From IMG/VR virus record IMGVR_UViG_3300028591_008352, positions 1 through 64,000 of that record: 64,000 nucleotides of DNA; one strand, given 5' to 3'. Position numbers and translations under genes: made by a program. This DNA comes from a virus (taxonomy: Duplodnaviria > Caudoviricetes). The notes under the pieces are model-generated. The model saw nothing but the letters and a program-made list of their open reading frames with translations. It was not told where the DNA came from and did not search any database. Shown here one piece after another: positions 62,515-64,000 of this stretch; the first letter of the stretch is position 1, and each line of letters begins with the position of its first letter.

Positions 62515-64000
62515 TTATCCCACTGCTACCGTATCGACCACTTCCACGACATCTTCAGACTCTTCAAATTCACGCACCAACATGGAACGTAGGTCGTATG
62601 AATCTACTAACACGTCAATGGTCTTAGCCATGATGTTACCACACATAGAACCTGCACTGGCTGGGACTCCATATTTCTCCAATACAACCATGATGGTGTA
62701 CATCGGATTGTCGGCAGGGAAATAGCCGCACAACTCCATGCGGCGGTTGTTACCCTTGGTATAGAAGGTACGCCCACAAGCGGCAACAGATGTGTAACTG
62801 CGTCCTGCCTTACGGAACAATCCGCGTTTTACGGCGTGTTCCAGACCCTTCTGTAATGTAGCGATATGTGCAGACTCTGCTATTTGCTCATTGAGCACAA
62901 CAACATTATCTCCTTCTGCCTGTAACTTCACCATACGTCCGCCATTGGCTACAGCGTTGTAGAAGGTGAGCATTCCCATTGCGTTGTCTGGCATACTAGC
63001 AAGGTACTCGGAGATTTTGTTGTCGAGCAGTACTGTCTGATTACCATACACCCTTTCCTTTGCCTTGGTGAAGGCGACCTGAGAGCGATAGCCCAAAGCC
63101 TGTTCCAATGTCAGATGTCCATAACCGCCTCGGCTCCAGTTGTGGTCTTTCACATTCTTGTAGATGCCAAATTCTGTGTCAATGACATCATCCGAAGAAA
63201 TCTTACCAGTGGAGAGCAATGCCAGATAGGTCGGGCCAGTCATCATTACACTCTGCTCTTCATTGTATGTGTCTTCGTATGGAACGAACTGTTTGCCTTT
63301 GCTTGACAATGATACTTGTGCCTTGATAGCACCTGTTGCTGTCTCCACGACATAGACCATACCTTTGGTACAGTTCCGCTCTGTCATCGCTTCCTGTAGG
63401 ATGGTACTAACGGACGCCTCCAATGCTTCATCCCTATTACTTGTCGGTTCCAGGTTATCTACAGGTGTTTCTCCTGCAAGAATCTGTAACCGCTGAATAT
63501 CTCTTTCGGACAAAGACAAGTTTGCACCGCTCCTATGGTAGCCCAGTAACCATCTGGCTCCTCGCTTGCCTAAACAAGCTTTCTCGTCTGCCTTTAGGTA
63601 GTAATAGGCCGCAAGTTGATCATTCTGAAGATTTTCATCATCATATCCTGCGTACATCTTGGCAAGAATAGCATTAACAAAAGGAATCTTGTCAGAAAGA
63701 GCCGTAAGTTTGTCCACATCAGGGTTGGTGGCACCTCGCCAGTCCGGGACACACTGAAGCAGTTCGGCAAATGTGCTGCCAGCGGTGGTTGCCTGTTCAA
63801 TCAGACGTATTCCATCCAACGTGTCGCCACGTTCCATTGTGATGATGCCCTGTATGGCAAATCCATCAGGACAGCCTTTGGCGATAAGCTCTTCAAACAT
63901 GAAAGTGGCTTCATCCACGTTCTTCTTCTCGTAGTTATCCACGGCATCGAAGATGAGCTTGAAATCGGAACCTTCCGGCAATGTCTTCAAATAATCTTCC
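62515..64000 (-). CDS. Sel1/TPR-like + degenerate penicillin-binding transpeptidase domain protein (5' end beyond window)
   Basis: Frame is open past 64000. GMVYVVETATGAIKA, TFYNAVANGGRMV, YFPADNPMYTIMVV present; SxxK, SxN and KTG motifs replaced. Confidence 0.75.
   Translation of the reverse strand, partial: EDYLKTLPEGSDFKLIFDAVDNYEKKNVDEATFMFEELIAKGCPDGFAIQGIITMERGDTLDGIRLIEQATTAGSTFAELLQCVPDWRGATNPDVDKLTALSDKIPFVNAILAKMYAGYDDENLQNDQLAAYYYLKADEKACLGKRGARWLLGYHRSGANLSLSERDIQRLQILAGETPVDNLEPTSNRDEALEASVSTILQEAMTERNCTKGMVYVVETATGAIKAQVSLSSKGKQFVPYEDTYNEEQSVMMTGPTYLALLSTGKISSDDVIDTEFGIYKNVKDHNWSRGGYGHLTLEQALGYRSQVAFTKAKERVYGNQTVLLDNKISEYLASMPDNAMGMLTFYNAVANGGRMVKLQAEGDNVVVLNEQIAESAHIATLQKGLEHAVKRGLFRKAGRSYTSVAACGRTFYTKGNNRRMELCGYFPADNPMYTIMVVLEKYGVPASAGSMCGNIMAKTIDVLVDSYDLRSMLVREFEESEDVVEVVDTVAVG

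Noticed and set aside
1-64000. IS elements, group II introns, inteins, alternative genetic code
   Set aside because: No transposase, RT or intein motifs recognised. Core genes are uninterrupted under code 11 and use all three stop codons.

Overview
The window holds an apparently complete ~58.8 kb temperate, long-tailed (siphovirus-like) prophage of a Bacteroidales host. Prevotella-like is my inference from promoter motifs and gene families. It is integrated in the last codons of mnmE (attL core TGCGTCGG 127-134, attR core 58947-58954), followed by ~5 kb of host-side accessory genes. Gene order: integrase; CI/Cro switch; recombination/replication (Rad50-like ATPase, RecT, MBL hydrolase, initiator, DnaC-like loader); PcfK/PcfJ and methyltransferases; antirepressors; an accessory island (HU-like, Panacea toxin-antitoxin, DUF4041); packaging/head; a leftward small-gene operon; tail with an embedded initiator-type tRNA-Met; receptor-binding proteins; a C10 protease; and lysis genes. 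The most striking signal is a ~74-nt promoter- and terminator-bounded small RNA gene beside attR (58758-58831). Its central 16 nt are the reverse complement of a motif (ACGCAATAYWGRTATG) that ends exactly on the start codon of five ORFs scattered across the prophage, and most target variants keep pairing as G:U wobbles. This looks like a trans-acting, multi-target antisense silencer of lytic operons. Other unexplained structure: three 12-bp-period TTTGCCG iteron arrays, a shared late-promoter palindrome, a second repressor switch, a phage protein resembling the RNA polymerase beta lobe insertion, and a MuF toxin with a convergent candidate immunity gene. All protein family calls come from motif recognition and memory; no database search was run.
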